From assembly GCA_963788195.1 (NCBI GenBank), contig CAWBGA010000001.1, forward strand, positions 64,001 to 128,000: 64,000 nt of DNA. Direction: 5' to 3'. Source of the DNA: Nitrospirota bacterium. GTDB taxonomy: Bacteria; Nitrospirota; Nitrospiria; Nitrospirales; NS-4. The number at the start of each line of letters is the position of its first letter. The first letter of the stretch is position 1. Below are positions 50,849 to 61,631 of the stretch, in pieces. The position numbers were made by a program, and so were the translations under genes. Under the pieces are notes generated by a model. The model was not told where the DNA came from and did no database searches. It saw nothing but the letters and a program-made list of their open reading frames with translations.

Positions 50849-52952
50849 ATGGCGAACACAGTTGAACTTGAATTAGCCGGCCGGACTTTACGACTCGAGA
50901 CCGGACGCCTGGCGAAACAAGCCGACGGATCGGTGTTGGCGACGTATGGCGATACCTACGTGCTGGCCACCGCGGTGGCGTCCCAGTCGGCTAAGAAGGA
51001 CATTGATTTCCTTCCCCTGACTGTCGACTATCAGGAAAAAGCCTACGCGGCAGGAAAGATTCCCGGCGGGTACTTTAGGCGTGAAGGGCAACCCTCCGAG
51101 AAGGAAAAGCTCTCGTCCCGTCTCATCGACCGGCCGCTTCGCCCGCTGTTTCCAAAGGGCTGGTACTCTGAAACACAAGTAATTGCCACGGTGATCTCCG
51201 CCGATCAGTCGGGGAGCGCGGATATCATCGGTATCATCGCCGCATCCGCCGCACTCGCCGTGTCCAACATCCCGTTTAATGGGCCGGTGGCGGCGGTACG
51301 TGTCGGCCGCCGCGACGGTCAGTTTGTCATTAATCCAGATCTCTCAGTCTTTGAAAGCTGCGACCTGAATCTGGTCGTGGCGGGTACCTCCGACGCTGTC
51401 ATGATGGTGGAGGGAGGCGCCGATGGCCTGCCCGAAGATGTCATGCTCGCCGCCATCGAGCATGCCCATGAGGAGATCAAACGTATCGTAGAGGTCATCC
51501 GCAAGTTAAGCGCCACGGTTGGAAAAGCCAAGCGTGGGGTTATTACGGAGCAGATCGATCCGACGCTGCGAAATACCGTACGGGATCTGGTCGCCGGGCC
51601 AATCCGCGAAGCCATCCTCATACCCAATAAGTCTGCCCGACAGGAGAAACTCGATGAAATCCTTGCCGGGGTGCTTAAGGGGCTCAAGAAGGAAGACGAC
51701 CCTGACCGCGACCGCCATGTCAAACTTGTGTTCCATGAGTTGGAGTACAGCGAAGTCCGTAAAATGATCTTGGAGAATCGAAAGCGGGCCGACGGCCGCG
51801 GTCCATCGGATATTCGACCCGTCACATGTGAGGTGTCCATCCTTCCGCGGACCCACGGCTCAGCCCTGTTTACCCGGGGCGAAACGCAAGCCCTGGCTGT
51901 TGTGACGCTTGGCACCTCCGACGACGAGCAGCGAATCGATGCTCTGGAAGGCGAGTATTACCGGACTTTTATGCTCCACTACAATTTCCCGCCTTTCAGT
52001 GTCGGGGAGGCGCGTCCGTTGCGCTCCCCTGGGCGACGGGAGATCGGGCATGGCGCCTTAGCGGAGCGCGCGCTGAAGTCCATCCTTCCCCTCAAGAAGG
52101 ACTTTCCGTACACCATACGCCTCGTTTCCGATATTCTGGAATCGAACGGATCATCGTCCATGGCCACCGTGTGCGGCGGGTAGCCTGGCGTTGATGGATG
52201 CCGGGGTGCCGATCAAGGAACCCGTCGCGGGGATTGCCATGGGGCTGATTAAGGAAGGCGATCAGGTGATGGTTCTCTCAGACATCCTCGGTTTAGAGGA
52301 TCATCTCGGCGATATGGACTTTAAAGTGTGCGGGACAGAACAAGGTGTGACAGCGCTGCAAATGGACATCAAGATCGCCGGGATCACCTCGCCCCTTATG
52401 CGCCAGGCTTTGGCCCAAGCGCGCGAAGGACGCCTGCACATTCTCGGCCGTATGCGCACCACCCTGGCCGCGCCACGCCAGCAAATGTCGCCTTTTGCCC
52501 CGCGCATTTACACCTTGAAGATCAAGCCCGAGAAGATCCGGGAGATCATCGGTCCAGGGGGCAAAGTCATTCGCGATATCGTCGCCACCTGCGGGGTGAA
52601 GATGGATGTCCAGGACGATGGTACCGTGACGATCGCTTCCAATGATGAGGCGTCCGCAAAAAAAGCCATTGAACGGGTGAACCAGATTACTGAAGAGGTG
52701 GAGATCGGGAAAATCTATCTCGGCAAAGTAAGAAAGATCATGGATTTCGGGGCCTTTGTGGAAGTTCTCCCAGGTGTGGACGGGCTGGTGCATATTTCAC
52801 AACTAGCCCACCACCGGGTACAGTCCGTCACCGACGAGGTGAAGGAGGGCGATGAAATTCTCGTGAAAGTGCTCGAAGTGGATCGGCAAGGCAAGATCCG
52901 CCTAAGCCGCAAAGAGGCCATGCCTGAACCGAAGCCCTCGCAGGACTCATAG
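50849..52952 (+). CDS. pnp: Polyribonucleotide nucleotidyltransferase (frameshift near 52180)
   Basis: [43 protein letters not shown] and S1 domains. Confidence 0.96.
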
Positions 52953-52959
52953 GCGGCCC

Positions 52960-54228
52960 ATGAAACCGAAAAAGATGGTCAGGAAGGATGTGCTGGACAA
53001 CGGAGTCCGCCTGGTGACCGAGCAGGTGAAGTCTGTACGATCGGTCTCGATCGGTATCTGGGTCGATGTCGGCTCCCGGGATGAGCGTCAGGGCGAAGAA
53101 GGCCTGTCGCATTTCATCGAGCACATGGTGTTTAAGGGGACACGCCGGCGAAGTGCGGAAACTATTTCGCGTGAGATCGATGCGCTGGGAGGCGAGCTCA
53201 ATGCGTTCACCTCGCGTGAAGGCACGACCTTCTACTCCACAGTTCTGGACGAGTACGTCAAAGAGGGCATCGATCTTTTGGCGGACATCTTCCACCATTC
53301 CCGATTCGATGCGCGAGAACTGACTAAGGAGAAACGGGTCGTCCTCGAGGAGATTCGTATGGTCGAGGACGATCCCGAAGAACACCTCCACGATCTGCAT
53401 ACCGAGAATGTCTTTGGAGAGCATCCGCTCGGCCGGCCCATTCTCGGGAAAGTCGCGACGATCCAAGGACTTCAACGAAAAAAAGTGCTGTCCTACCGGT
53501 CCCGGTTTTATCGTCCGTCTCAGATTGTGATTGCCGTCGCTGGAAACTTCTCTCACGGGCCGGTACTCAAGCAGATCGGCGCGGCCTTCGGAGGTGAGAT
53601 GGGGGAAAGGCACTCTCCCCCCGCCCGCATTCCCCCCAGCATCGGCGGCGGCGTCCATGTGCGGCCCAAGTCATTGGAGCAGGCCCATCTTTGTATAGGG
53701 CTGAAAGGGGTATCGCAATCGGACAAGGACCGGTACGCGGCGTACCTTCTCAACGCGATCTTGGGCGGCGGTGTCAGCTCACGTCTGTTTCAGGAGGTGC
53801 GGGAAAAACGTGGGCTGGCCTATGCGATCCATTCCTCTCTCGTGTGCTTCGTGGACAGCGGTCTGTTCACGGTGTATGCCGGCACCCGCCCCGAGGCGGC
53901 CCCAAAGGTTCTAGCAGTCGTGCTCTCGGAACTGCGACGACTGAAAAAGACCCCGGTCGGGCGGGCGGAACTTGCCCGTGCCAAATCCCAACTCAAGGGG
54001 AATCTCATGCTTGGCCTTGAAACCTCGAGCAGCCGGATGGGCAAGGCAGCCAAGGATGAGCTGTACTTCGGGAGGGATATCAGCTGCGAGGAGATCATGG
54101 CGGATATTGACCGGGTCTCCCTTGAACAACTGTGGCGGCTGAGCGGCGATTTGCTGGACGATCGCTACCTGACCGTCACCGCGCTCGGTCCTGTCAAGAA
54201 AGGTGCGCTGGAGTCAATCCTTAAGTAA
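52960..54228 (+). CDS. M16-family zinc peptidase
   Basis: HFIEH (HxxEH), NAFT, SSRLFQEVREKRGLAY. Confidence 0.92.
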   Translation: MKPKKMVRKDVLDNGVRLVTEQVKSVRSVSIGIWVDVGSRDERQGEEGLSHFIEHMVFKGTRRRSAETISREIDALGGELNAFTSREGTTFYSTVLDEYVKEGIDLLADIFHHSRFDARELTKEKRVVLEEIRMVEDDPEEHLHDLHTENVFGEHPLGRPILGKVATIQGLQRKKVLSYRSRFYRPSQIVIAVAGNFSHGPVLKQIGAAFGGEMGERHSPPARIPPSIGGGVHVRPKSLEQAHLCIGLKGVSQSDKDRYAAYLLNAILGGGVSSRLFQEVREKRGLAYAIHSSLVCFVDSGLFTVYAGTRPEAAPKVLAVVLSELRRLKKTPVGRAELARAKSQLKGNLMLGLETSSSRMGKAAKDELYFGRDISCEEIMADIDRVSLEQLWRLSGDLLDDRYLTVTALGPVKKGALESILK

Positions 54229-54232
54229 CGAG

Positions 54233-54628
54233 ATGCAAACCCTTGACGTTCATCAGCCGGGGATTCCGGATCTGCAATTTGTCCTCATGGTGCTGGCCTT
54301 ATGCAGCTCGGATCTTGAAACGCTTAATATCCCCCCTCCCGTACGGCGAAGCGTTTTTGACCGATGCTGGGCCATGCTCTACGATACGCCCCCTCCGCTT
54401 GCACGAGAAGAACGTGTGCTGGATCTTCGGCAGGGAGACGAACAGGCGCTCCATGCGATGGTCGCGGTGATTCGGACCGCCTTCAGTGAATGCGGCATTA
54501 CAAAACTAGTGTGGGACCACCCTCCGAGCGAGCCTTCCCAGGAGAGTACGCCCGCGGCACGTCCCTTGGTCGAACGCCTCCAGCAGCTCTACCCTGCTCC
54601 TGTGGACCCCACAGATCACGCCTCGTAG
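54233..54628 (+). CDS. Hypothetical protein
   Basis: Fills the gap in operon orientation; no recognised motif. Confidence 0.6.
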   Translation: MQTLDVHQPGIPDLQFVLMVLALCSSDLETLNIPPPVRRSVFDRCWAMLYDTPPPLAREERVLDLRQGDEQALHAMVAVIRTAFSECGITKLVWDHPPSEPSQESTPAARPLVERLQQLYPAPVDPTDHAS

Positions 54629-54771
54629 GGAAACAGGCCGCAGTCTCCTGAGAATCTAGGTGCAGTCACGATAACGCGCTGGTCTCTTGCCATGCTCTCG
54701 AGCCTTGTCTATAGTGGCAACGGTGCCGCCGGTCCCCGGATCGCGGCCACAACGCGGGTCAGGAGTGGCCG

Positions 54772-56799
54772 ATGGGCATGCGTTGGGCACAAGGCGGTCT
54801 TCAGAAAAAATTTGTCGCCTCCCTCCTGATCGTCGGATTCGCTCCGGGGATTGTCGCGTTGTTCGCCACATATCTCTACAGTACGCAAGCGCTCAAGAAC
54901 GCCATCGGCGACAGCTTCCAACAGATCGCAGCAGCGACCGCCCGCCGAATCGAGATCATGTTGGATGATGAGATCGACAACGCCCGGCATTTGGGCGCGG
55001 CCCCGCATATCGTCCGCGCTTCGGTGAACGCGGCCAATGCGTCGTACGCCGCAGACTCATCCGCCTTGCAGCGGCAATTACAAGAACGAAATCGGCGCTG
55101 GGAAAAATTCCGAGCGGGCGAGGGGCTGGCCCCGGAATTTATAAATCGCGGGACACTGCTGTATCTGCAAGCATGGGCCGACATCCGACGGGGCACGTAT
55201 CAAAATATCCTGCTCACGGATGAGCGCGGAGCCTTGATCTCCAGCCTGTTTCCCGATGTCGGGTTTCTCCATCGAGAGAATGTATGGTGGGAGCAGGCGT
55301 TTGGCGGAGGAGCCGGAGGCACGTATATCAGCGATTTCTATGAGCACAGCCCGGGCGTGTATCTTTTGGACATTGCCGTGCCGGTCCTCAATGAGGAGGG
55401 GACGCAAGCGATCGGCGTCGTCAAGTTGGTCCTGAAGCGTGACAACCTGATGAAAGCCATCATGGATATCCGTGTCGGGGAGCGCGGTCACGGGATGTTG
55501 CTCAACACCGAGGGCACGCCGTTGATCTGTCCGGTGCTGCCCCCCAAGGCGCATCTGATCAACGATGCGCTGATGCATCAATTGATGCGGTCTAAACCGG
55601 GATGGGTGATCGCCGAGGACGATGCCCATGGGGGGCATAACTCGATCGTCGGTTACGCACCGATCCGCTTTGCGCACCTTCTTTCAGCGGCGAGTCTTGG
55701 CGGCAATGAGTGGTATGCGTTTGTCCGGCAAGATCCTGCCGAAACCTACGCGCCCGTCTACACCCTGCTTCGTGTGGTCGGCATGATCGGGTTCGGGATG
55801 GTGATCGTGCTCGCATCCCTGGGGTTCTATGTGGGCCGCCTGATCGTAAAACCCATCGTTCTTTTGCAGGAGCAGGCGGACGCGATCCGTCGCGATGTCA
55901 GCGATCTGGCCTCCGTCGGCCGGTTCGACCGCGGCTTGCGCGAGACCACGAACCGCCGGGTCGTGATTCGGACCGGAGATGAGCTGGAATCCTTGGCATC
56001 CGCGTTCAATCAGATGGCGGAGACTCTGGAGGAGAGCCTTAAGAGAATCCACGATCAAGAGGGCGAGTTATTACGCAAGGAGAAGCTCGCCTCCGTCGGG
56101 CAGTTGCTGGCGGCGCTGGCGCATGATATTAAAAACCCCCTGGGCGTGGTTCGAAGTTCGGCGCAGCTGGTGATGGACGATCACCAGCCTGACTCGGTCA
56201 AGCGCGAGGTGGCGCAGTATGTGATCGACGAGGTGGACCGGCTGACAAATCGGATTAATCATTTCCTGCGGTTCGCACGACAGATGCCCCCGGACCTGCG
56301 GCCCGTTTTGGCGAAAGTTCTGATTGACGCCGCGGTGTATGAATGGCGTGCGCTGGACAAGGGCGATAGGATAAAGGTGCTGATTGACGTCACCGGCGGT
56401 CTAGCGGAGCTGCTCGTGGATCCGGATCAGGTGAAAGAAGCATTGGTCAATCTCATGGTGAACGCCTCCGAGGCCATGTCCGCCGGAGGCACGCTCAGGC
56501 TGTTTGCGCAGGAGGTTCAGGCGAGCGGGGGACCCGCGATGATTGAGCTGCGCGTGGTCGATACCGGCACCGGCATCAGCACGGAGCATCTCCAGCATAT
56601 CTACGATCCCTTCTTCACGACAAAGGAATATGGAACAGGGTTGGGTTTGACCAATGCCAAGAGGTTGGTTGAGAACAATGGAGGGCAGATGCTCATTGAC
56701 AGTGCCGAGGGCCGGGGGACTGAAGTGGTTCTCCGCTTCCCGGCGGTTGTTCGGGCCGGCAGGCAGAAGGAGGAGGTGTGCCTGAATCGACCATCCTGA
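54772..56799 (+). CDS. Membrane sensor histidine kinase (Cache-like, HAMP, HisKA, HATPase)
   Basis: Two TMs, DELESLASAFNQM, AHDIKNPL, NLMVNA, PFFTTK..GTGLGL. Confidence 0.92.
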   Translation: MGMRWAQGGLQKKFVASLLIVGFAPGIVALFATYLYSTQALKNAIGDSFQQIAAATARRIEIMLDDEIDNARHLGAAPHIVRASVNAANASYAADSSALQRQLQERNRRWEKFRAGEGLAPEFINRGTLLYLQAWADIRRGTYQNILLTDERGALISSLFPDVGFLHRENVWWEQAFGGGAGGTYISDFYEHSPGVYLLDIAVPVLNEEGTQAIGVVKLVLKRDNLMKAIMDIRVGERGHGMLLNTEGTPLICPVLPPKAHLINDALMHQLMRSKPGWVIAEDDAHGGHNSIVGYAPIRFAHLLSAASLGGNEWYAFVRQDPAETYAPVYTLLRVVGMIGFGMVIVLASLGFYVGRLIVKPIVLLQEQADAIRRDVSDLASVGRFDRGLRETTNRRVVIRTGDELESLASAFNQMAETLEESLKRIHDQEGELLRKEKLASVGQLLAALAHDIKNPLGVVRSSAQLVMDDHQPDSVKREVAQYVIDEVDRLTNRINHFLRFARQMPPDLRPVLAKVLIDAAVYEWRALDKGDRIKVLIDVTGGLAELLVDPDQVKEALVNLMVNASEAMSAGGTLRLFAQEVQASGGPAMIELRVVDTGTGISTEHLQHIYDPFFTTKEYGTGLGLTNAKRLVENNGGQMLIDSAEGRGTEVVLRFPAVVRAGRQKEEVCLNRPS

Positions 56800-58160
56800 T
56801 CATCGAGGACGAAGAGCGGATGCGCCGGATTTTAGATCTTGTTCTTCGGGCCGAAGGCTATCGCTTGGTGTTGGCCGATTCGGGCGAGCAAGGTATCAAA
56901 TGGATAGACGAGGGAGGCATCGATCTGGTGCTCACGGACGTCCAAATGGGCCGAACCGGCGGCTTTGATGTGTTGGACCATGTCGCCAGGGAATGGCCGG
57001 AACTGCCCGTGATCATCATTACGGGGTTCGGCACCGTCAAGTCGGCCGTCGAAGCGATCAAGAAGGGGGCATTCGACTATATCAGCAAGCCGGTGGACAA
57101 CGAGGAATTAAAAATCACCGTTAAGCGGGCGCTCGATATGCGGCGCCTGAAACAGGAGAACCGCGGGCTCAGCCAGGAACTGCAGGGCCAGTTTGGGTTT
57201 GACAATATTGTCGGACAGTCTCCGGAGTTGCAAAAGATCAAAGCGCTGGCCCGCGACATCGCAGTGACAGATTCGACGGTGCTGATCAGTGGCGAGAGTG
57301 GAACCGGCAAGGAATTGCTGGCGCGAGCGATTCATTATGCCAGCCCACGGAGCGGCGGGCCTATGGTGGCCATCAACTGCGCGGCGATTCCAGAGCATCT
57401 GCTCGAATCGGAACTGTTTGGCTATGAAAAGGGCGCCTTCACGGACGCCAAGAAGGCCAAGCCGGGACGTTTTCTCCTCGCCCAGCGGGGAATGCTGTTC
57501 CTCGACGAGATCGGCGAGATGAGCATGCCGACCCAAGCAAAGCTGTTGCGCGTGCTCGAGGATCGCCTGGTTGAGCCGCTCGGCGGACTCAAAGGCATCA
57601 AGGTGGACCTGCGGCTTGCGGTGGCGACCAACCGCGATTTGAGAGATCTTGTGCAGAAAGGCAAGTTCCGGGAAGACCTTTTTTATCGTATCAGCGTGTG
57701 TCCGCTGCATCTGCCACCCCTACGGGAACGTCACGGGGACATTCCGGTGCTGCTCGAACATTTGCTCGCGCGTTATAACAGGGAGCGAGGTTTGCGGATC
57801 TCAGGCTTCACCCCGGAGGCATTGAAGCTTGTTGCGAACTATTCATGGCCGGGAAACATTCGAGAGTTTCAAAATATGGTTGAATGGGTGACGATCACGT
57901 GCAAGGGCACCCGCGTCGATATCGACAACCTTCCCGCTTATCTGTCGACCACCAGAGAATCTCCTCCGGACAGCGAGCTGCCCTCGCTCCTTTCCTATGG
58001 TCTTTCCGTTGAAGAAGTTGAGAAAGTCATGCTCCAGGAGGCTCTGGGGCGATCGAAAGGGAATGTCTCCGAAGCCGCCCGGCTTCTCAAAGTGACCCGC
58101 AACACACTTCGTTACCGTATGGGGAAATATAACCTCAAGATCTCGGAGCGGCCTTCCTAG
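56778..58160 (+). CDS. Sigma-54-dependent NtrC-family response regulator
   Basis: GESGTGKE, ESELFGYEKGAFTDA, WPGNIRE, HTH. Confidence 0.95.
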   Translation: MPESTILIIEDEERMRRILDLVLRAEGYRLVLADSGEQGIKWIDEGGIDLVLTDVQMGRTGGFDVLDHVAREWPELPVIIITGFGTVKSAVEAIKKGAFDYISKPVDNEELKITVKRALDMRRLKQENRGLSQELQGQFGFDNIVGQSPELQKIKALARDIAVTDSTVLISGESGTGKELLARAIHYASPRSGGPMVAINCAAIPEHLLESELFGYEKGAFTDAKKAKPGRFLLAQRGMLFLDEIGEMSMPTQAKLLRVLEDRLVEPLGGLKGIKVDLRLAVATNRDLRDLVQKGKFREDLFYRISVCPLHLPPLRERHGDIPVLLEHLLARYNRERGLRISGFTPEALKLVANYSWPGNIREFQNMVEWVTITCKGTRVDIDNLPAYLSTTRESPPDSELPSLLSYGLSVEEVEKVMLQEALGRSKGNVSEAARLLKVTRNTLRYRMGKYNLKISERPS

Positions 58161-58245
58161 GAGATTCTAAGCCAAACATTGTGTTCTCTGCGTCCTCTCA
58201 GTATCATAACTCATACAATCGAAGCCGCGTCGAGGAGGCCGTCAA

Positions 58246-59526
58246 GTGCTGTGGCGCAACAAGGGAAATCGATCCTCCAAAAAACTGGTCTGTTCGTTTT
58301 GTGGGAAGTCCACGACGGACGCGACAAGCCTCATTGAAAGCCCCGCAGCCTATCCGTGCGATTCCTGCCATGCGGTCACCACATTGTGGATCTGTAGCGA
58401 GTGCGTGATTCGCTGCCAAAGCGTCGTGCAGCAAGGTGTGGGCCCCGAGGGATTGTCCACGCCGCCTTCTTTTAAGCTGCTGAACCCGCCGGCGATCAAG
58501 CGGATCCTTGATGACTATGTCATCGGCCAGGACAAGGCGAAAAAGGTTCTCTCCGTCGCGGTACACAATCACTACCGGCGCCTTCAAAGCAATGCTCGCG
58601 GCGGCGATGTGGAATTACAAAAGGGGAACGTCTTCCTGATCGGCCCCACCGGGACAGGCAAGACCCTCCTGTGCCAAACGCTGGCACGAATCCTGGAAGT
58701 GCCGTTCGCAATTGCCGATGCCACGACGCTGACGGAGGCTGGCTACGTCGGGGAGGACGTGGAAAACGTCGTCCTCAAGCTTTTGCAGGCTGCTGATTTC
58801 GATGTCGCTCGAGCGCAGACCGGGATCATTTACATCGATGAGATCGATAAAATCAGTCGAAAATCGGAATCCGCCTCAATTACCCGTGATGTATCCGGGG
58901 AAGGCGTACAGCAGGCGCTCTTGAAGCTCGTCGAGGGAACGACGTGCAGTGTGCCGCCGAAAGGCGGCCGCAAGCATCCCGAACAGGATCTCATCAAGAT
59001 CGATACGGCCAGTATTCTCTTCATTTGCGGCGGCGCGTTCGTGGGTCTCGATCATATTGTACGACGACGGACGCTGGAGCGTTCGATGGGGTTTGGGGCG
59101 GATGTGAGGCCCGCGAACGATGGGAATCTGGGAGAGCTACTCGCCCAAGTGCAGCCCGAGGATCTGGTTCGCTTCGGGCTCATTCCGGAGTTCGTCGGGC
59201 GCTTTCCTGTGCTCGCCGCCCTGTCGGAATTGGATGCGCCCGACCTTGTGCGTATTCTCACGGAGCCCAGGAATGCGCTGTTCAAACAATATCAGACCAT
59301 GTTCGCGTTGGAAGGTGTCGACCTGATATTTACGGACCAGGCTGTACAGGCGGTGGCCAGGCGCGCGGTGAGCCTACGAACCGGGGCTCGCGCCCTTCGC
59401 GCGATCATGGAGGACGTCATGCTGGATCTGATGTATGAAGTCCCGGCCAATGCACAGATACGAACCGTAACCATCACAGAGGACGTGATTGATGGGCGTA
59501 GCGCCCCTGAGATCCTGACCGGCTAG
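58246..59526 (+). CDS. clpX: ClpX ATPase (stand-alone copy, expanded Zn finger)
   Basis: [51 protein letters not shown] loop. Confidence 0.92.
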   Translation: MLWRNKGNRSSKKLVCSFCGKSTTDATSLIESPAAYPCDSCHAVTTLWICSECVIRCQSVVQQGVGPEGLSTPPSFKLLNPPAIKRILDDYVIGQDKAKKVLSVAVHNHYRRLQSNARGGDVELQKGNVFLIGPTGTGKTLLCQTLARILEVPFAIADATTLTEAGYVGEDVENVVLKLLQAADFDVARAQTGIIYIDEIDKISRKSESASITRDVSGEGVQQALLKLVEGTTCSVPPKGGRKHPEQDLIKIDTASILFICGGAFVGLDHIVRRRTLERSMGFGADVRPANDGNLGELLAQVQPEDLVRFGLIPEFVGRFPVLAALSELDAPDLVRILTEPRNALFKQYQTMFALEGVDLIFTDQAVQAVARRAVSLRTGARALRAIMEDVMLDLMYEVPANAQIRTVTITEDVIDGRSAPEILTG

Positions 59527-59544
59527 GGTCTGAATCGAGGAACA

Positions 59545-60256
59545 GTGTCAACAAGCCGTGCCAATGTATTGATTGTCGAAGATGAACCAAAGCTCGCGCG
59601 GGCGATTGCCTGGTACCTGAGCCCTCGAGGATATGCGGTACGTACAGCAGCAAATGGGGCGGAAGCTCTCGAGTCCGTTTCTGCGGACCGCCCCGATGTC
59701 ATCGTCGCGGACATCATGATGCCTGTCATGGATGGTTACACCTTATGTCGGCGCCTGCGGTCTGATCCCGGTTCCTGCACGATCCCGTTTCTTTTCCTGA
59801 CAGCCAAGGATGAAGACCTCGACCGTATCCACGGTCTTAAGATCGGCGCAGACGACTATCTGGCGAAGCCCTGCGATTTGGAAGAAATCCATATTCGGAT
59901 CCAAGCATTGCTAGCTCGGGTAGCAAGCTGCTCGCCAGATGCCACTGGATAACATCCGGATGTCCGGGCAGCTGGCGGAGGCCGAGTTGATGGACTTGAT
60001 CCAGGGGCTTGAGATGTACCAGCAGACGGGCGCGCTGCTCCTCAAACATGACGGCGAGTCTGGCGTGTTGTATTTTAAAGAGGGACGAATCGTCGGGGCG
60101 GAATTGGGCACCGATGATGGTCAGGAGCCTCTGTTTTCGTTGCTTGCCTGGAAGGTTGGAACCTATGTCTTTGTCCCCGGCGTTGACAATGAAGCGGTCC
60201 GTTTAACAGCCGGAATTGCCAACGTTTTAATGAGCCATGTGGATGATAAAAGATGA
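59545..60256 (+). CDS. Response regulator with C-terminal DUF4388-like domain (frameshift near 59922)
   Basis: REC (DIMMP, GADDYLAKP) joined to SGQL...L.DLIQ.L..QQTG.L..G.LYFKEG.I...W..G.Y.F. Confidence 0.8.
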
Positions 60257-60331
60257 GCATTATCATTATATTAGATACATGTAGGGTGTATCCAAAATTC
60301 CCTTGACAAAAAAAAGGGCCTCTAGTAGCAT
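60252..60331 (+). promoter_or_regulatory. Fur-like box, second palindrome and sigma70 promoter
   Basis: GATgAgcATTATCATTATa (60252-60270) matches the Fur consensus at 15/19; GATACA-N7-TGTATC (60274-60292); TTGACA-N17-TAGCAT (60303-60331). Confidence 0.6.
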
Positions 60332-60401
60332 CCGTCCCCACTGAAGGTCTTACGAGTCTGTCATTCGATGATAAAAGCTTAATATCAAGGAGGGAGCCAG
60401 C

Positions 60402-60848
60402 ATGAAACGAGGTGTCATCATTGCTGTAGTCTTTGCCCTGTTTATAATCGGTGCCTGGCCGATGGATCAGGCGTCAGCTGAAGTCTTGAAAGGCCGGATA
60501 TGGTCGGCTTGGGCCGAGAATCCTGATAATGAAGTGCTTTTCGGCATCCAGTACTGGAACACCGGCGCCCCGGGTTCTGGAACGCCCGGCGGGCGTACTT
60601 CGTCTACGACGACAGAAACGCCGGATGGGTATGCCGCTGGGGGAGCGTGGGGATTCCAAGGCGGCCCTGAGAAGAATGCTCCTTATTCCGGCTGGTACCA
60701 CGCGCAGACCACCGTGCGCCTGGCGGTGAAAGACAAGGCATTGATGGACCAGATGATGAAGGCGAATCAGGAAATCGTGAACATGGAGGTGAACGTCGAG
60801 GATGTCGGCGGCCGGCCCACAATTACAGCATTTAAGGTACTAAAGTAA
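60402..60848 (+). CDS. Exported hypothetical protein
   Basis: AAGGAGG SD; signal peptide ending ASA-E. Confidence 0.85.
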   Translation: MKRGVIIAVVFALFIIGAWPMDQASAEVLKGRIWSAWAENPDNEVLFGIQYWNTGAPGSGTPGGRTSSTTTETPDGYAAGGAWGFQGGPEKNAPYSGWYHAQTTVRLAVKDKALMDQMMKANQEIVNMEVNVEDVGGRPTITAFKVLK

Positions 60849-60887
60849 TTTTATCGCTAAATTTTTCTCTACGAAGGAGGGAGTCTG

Positions 60888-61532
60888 ATGAAGGCTTATT
60901 TCAAACTACTGGCGATAAGCGGCGCAGTCCTGCTGACGGGCGCAGCCGGTATTGCCCTGGCGATTGAGGCTTTCTCGGAGCGGTTTGAGGAGGACTTCAG
61001 CACGCCAAAGACGATTTTGGCCCGCGTCATCATCGTCGATCCGTACGAAGACGCCGTGTGGGTCAACTGGACATGGAAGGGCGTTCGCAACAGCGGCGAG
61101 ATCGATCAGTTCTGGGGCAAGATGCTTCCGGGCAAGAATATGCGCGTCTATGCTTCCGGCAAGGATCTCGAGGCTCTGAAGTCGAAGGCGCGGCCAGCGC
61201 CGGGACCCGCAGCCGCCGAGAAAGTCGCGCCCGGCACCAACGCGGATGTGGTGGAAATGGTCGTGCAGGAAGTAGAGCAGAACAAGCGTGTCGCGACAAA
61301 TGTTAAGAACGTCGATGCTAAGCTCTGGGCGGGAATGATGCCGGTCACGCAGGGATCCTCCCCCGGGCTTTCTCCCGTCGCGATGAAGGGTCAGCCAGGG
61401 TTCCCGGAGATGAAGTCTGAATGCGGAAAGGGGACTCCGGTGCCAGCCGACGTATTGGGTGCGGATTTGCCCGGCGGCACCACGAAACCCAGTAAGGCGA
61501 ACGTTCGGTTTAAAGACTATAAGGGCTGCTAA
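60888..61532 (+). CDS. Exported hypothetical protein
   Basis: AAGGAGG SD; signal peptide ending ALA-I; two Cys in the C-terminal region. Confidence 0.85.
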   Translation: MKAYFKLLAISGAVLLTGAAGIALAIEAFSERFEEDFSTPKTILARVIIVDPYEDAVWVNWTWKGVRNSGEIDQFWGKMLPGKNMRVYASGKDLEALKSKARPAPGPAAAEKVAPGTNADVVEMVVQEVEQNKRVATNVKNVDAKLWAGMMPVTQGSSPGLSPVAMKGQPGFPEMKSECGKGTPVPADVLGADLPGGTTKPSKANVRFKDYKGC

Positions 61533-61562
61533 AACCTCATTTATCAGGCTGACAAGCCGTAG

Positions 61563-61600
61563 AAAGGGCGGCAGGCTGACAAGCCCGCCGCCCTTTTTTT
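61563..61600. terminator. Intrinsic (likely bidirectional) terminator
   Basis: AAAGGGCGGCaGGCT-gaca-AGCCcGCCGCCCTTTTTTT between convergent genes. Confidence 0.85.
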
Positions 61601-61631
61601 GTCCCCTAGTATCTTCCGAACAAAGCTTCGG

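Noticed and set aside
31358..52952. Pseudogenisation of polA, infB and pnp, or a mutator phenotype from broken mutS
   Set aside because: Essential genes with otherwise intact motifs and uniform +1 polarity indicate a sequencing artefact; the mutS break affects only the extreme C-terminus.
52828..53658. Long antisense ORFs (52828-53658, 46481-47515, 57108-57710 and others)
   Set aside because: Shadow ORFs opposite well-supported genes in high-GC DNA.
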